A DNA stretch of 64,000 nt from Sphyrna mokarran (Eukaryota): positions 9,424,001 through 9,488,000 of the forward strand of contig JAGIQG010000040.1 of NCBI GenBank assembly GCA_024679065.1, read 5' to 3'. The notes beneath the pieces are model-generated. The model had not been told where the DNA came from and searched no databases. It saw nothing but the letters and a program-made list of their open reading frames with translations. Of this stretch, positions 62,962 through 64,000 are shown piece by piece. A program made the position numbers and the translations under genes. Position 1 is the first letter of the stretch; each line of letters begins with the position of its first letter.

Positions 62962-63382
62962 TGTAGATTTATTGCTGTACAACAATCCTGTGTTACTTCC
63001 TGGTCTGTACCAGTTCTGCCAGAATCAGTGTCAGGGAGATTTCCTCTTTAGTATCTGAATTGGAAATGTCACATATAAAGAACAAAGAAAAAGACAGGGA
63101 CAGGTCACAAAACGCTGATGATACAAAATGCGGATGATTATTTGAAGAAAGATGAAAATGATGTATTAATGAATGGGCAGAAATCATTGCTCCCTTAGAT
63201 ATTTGCGAGACGAACGCGTTTCAATGTTGATGTTCTGGATAAGTCGGACAATCAGATTGAAAGTAACGGTTATCTTCCTGAATTCAGTGACATGGGCTCT
63301 CAGTCTAACCATCGGAACCTGCAGCAAAACAGCGGAGTTGAACATTGCAGACAGGCAGATTTGCTCCACTGTTTTTCAGGTT

Positions 63383-63455
63383 GTTTCTGTAGTGTGGTGG
63401 TTATCACATTCACCTCACACGCGAAAAGTCGCCGGTTCGAAACCGGGCAGAAACG
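63383..63455 (+). tRNA. tRNA-Val(CAC), diverged, possibly pseudogene
   Basis: Paralog of 9880-9952. Confidence 0.75.
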
Positions 63456-64000
63456 TTCATTTAACTTTCTCATGTCGGGTAAGGGGAAATAGTTTGATTT
63501 CAGTTTGTTGCTCAACATTATCTGAACCTCAGTGTTAAAGGCATGTTATCATTGCTCTGACTTCACCCTGAAATACTTTCTGTGAAATAAGATGCATTGA
63601 CAGGAATGTTCAATTTTGACATCGAGCATTTATTCGCATCTCGTTCAGTCTCCAAAGAATTGAATGGGTTTATAGGTGCAGACTGATATGGTTAATGACC
63701 ATCTGAAATATCTGATAGTGGTGTGTGCTCAAACGGATAGATACAAGTGATACTGTAAGTGAAGGAGGGGAAATGATGCACTTTTCACAGAAGAATATTT
63801 TTAAATATTTTTTCATCACTAAGAAACAGGAAAAGCCACTCAGATAGACGAGGGAATCGAGACTCAGTGCCAATCTACTAGATTTTCCTGTAACGGCCGG
63901 ATTTTATGCGCTTGAATGTTTCACACCCATAATAAAAATAGGCTCAAGTATCACTAACGGATAATTCTTGATTTTCCTCCATTTAAATGTAGTTGATTTT

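Larger units (their letters stand above)
62371..64000 (+). repeat. Asn-Glu-Val tRNA module, direct-repeat copy 2 (runs off the window)
   Basis: Colinear with 8861-10500. Confidence 0.92.

Overview
Eukaryotic genomic DNA from a cartilaginous fish (shark), judged from the Ig, V-SINE and CR1 signatures. The core is one complete, apparently functional, unrearranged IgM heavy-chain minilocus on the minus strand (~25.3-42.3 kb): leader-VH-D1-D2-JH-CH1-CH2-CH3-CH4/secretory tail-TM1-(TM2). Its RSS spacers are 23 / 12-D1-22 / 12-D2-12 / 23 and all splice junctions join in frame. Upstream lie a decayed second VH and a duplicated upstream region. The minilocus sits inside an array of 14 tRNA genes and pseudogenes built from duplicated modules (Asn-Glu-Val-Phe etc.) that recur on both sides. 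A two-exon GPR139/142-like orphan GPCR is embedded in the right-hand array, which is joined across a 100-N gap. The window also has a YY1/NF-kB-rich CpG-island promoter, a 52-bp minisatellite, and many SINE, LINE and Penelope-like remnants. Most notable: a secretory tailpiece lacking the polymerisation-associated Asn and Leu, a JH only 39 nt long, two alternative cytoplasmic tails (KVK/KIK), CTCF-like sites bracketing V-D-D-J, and the tRNA-array context. Coordinates of repeats are approximate; all calls were made by eye without database searches.
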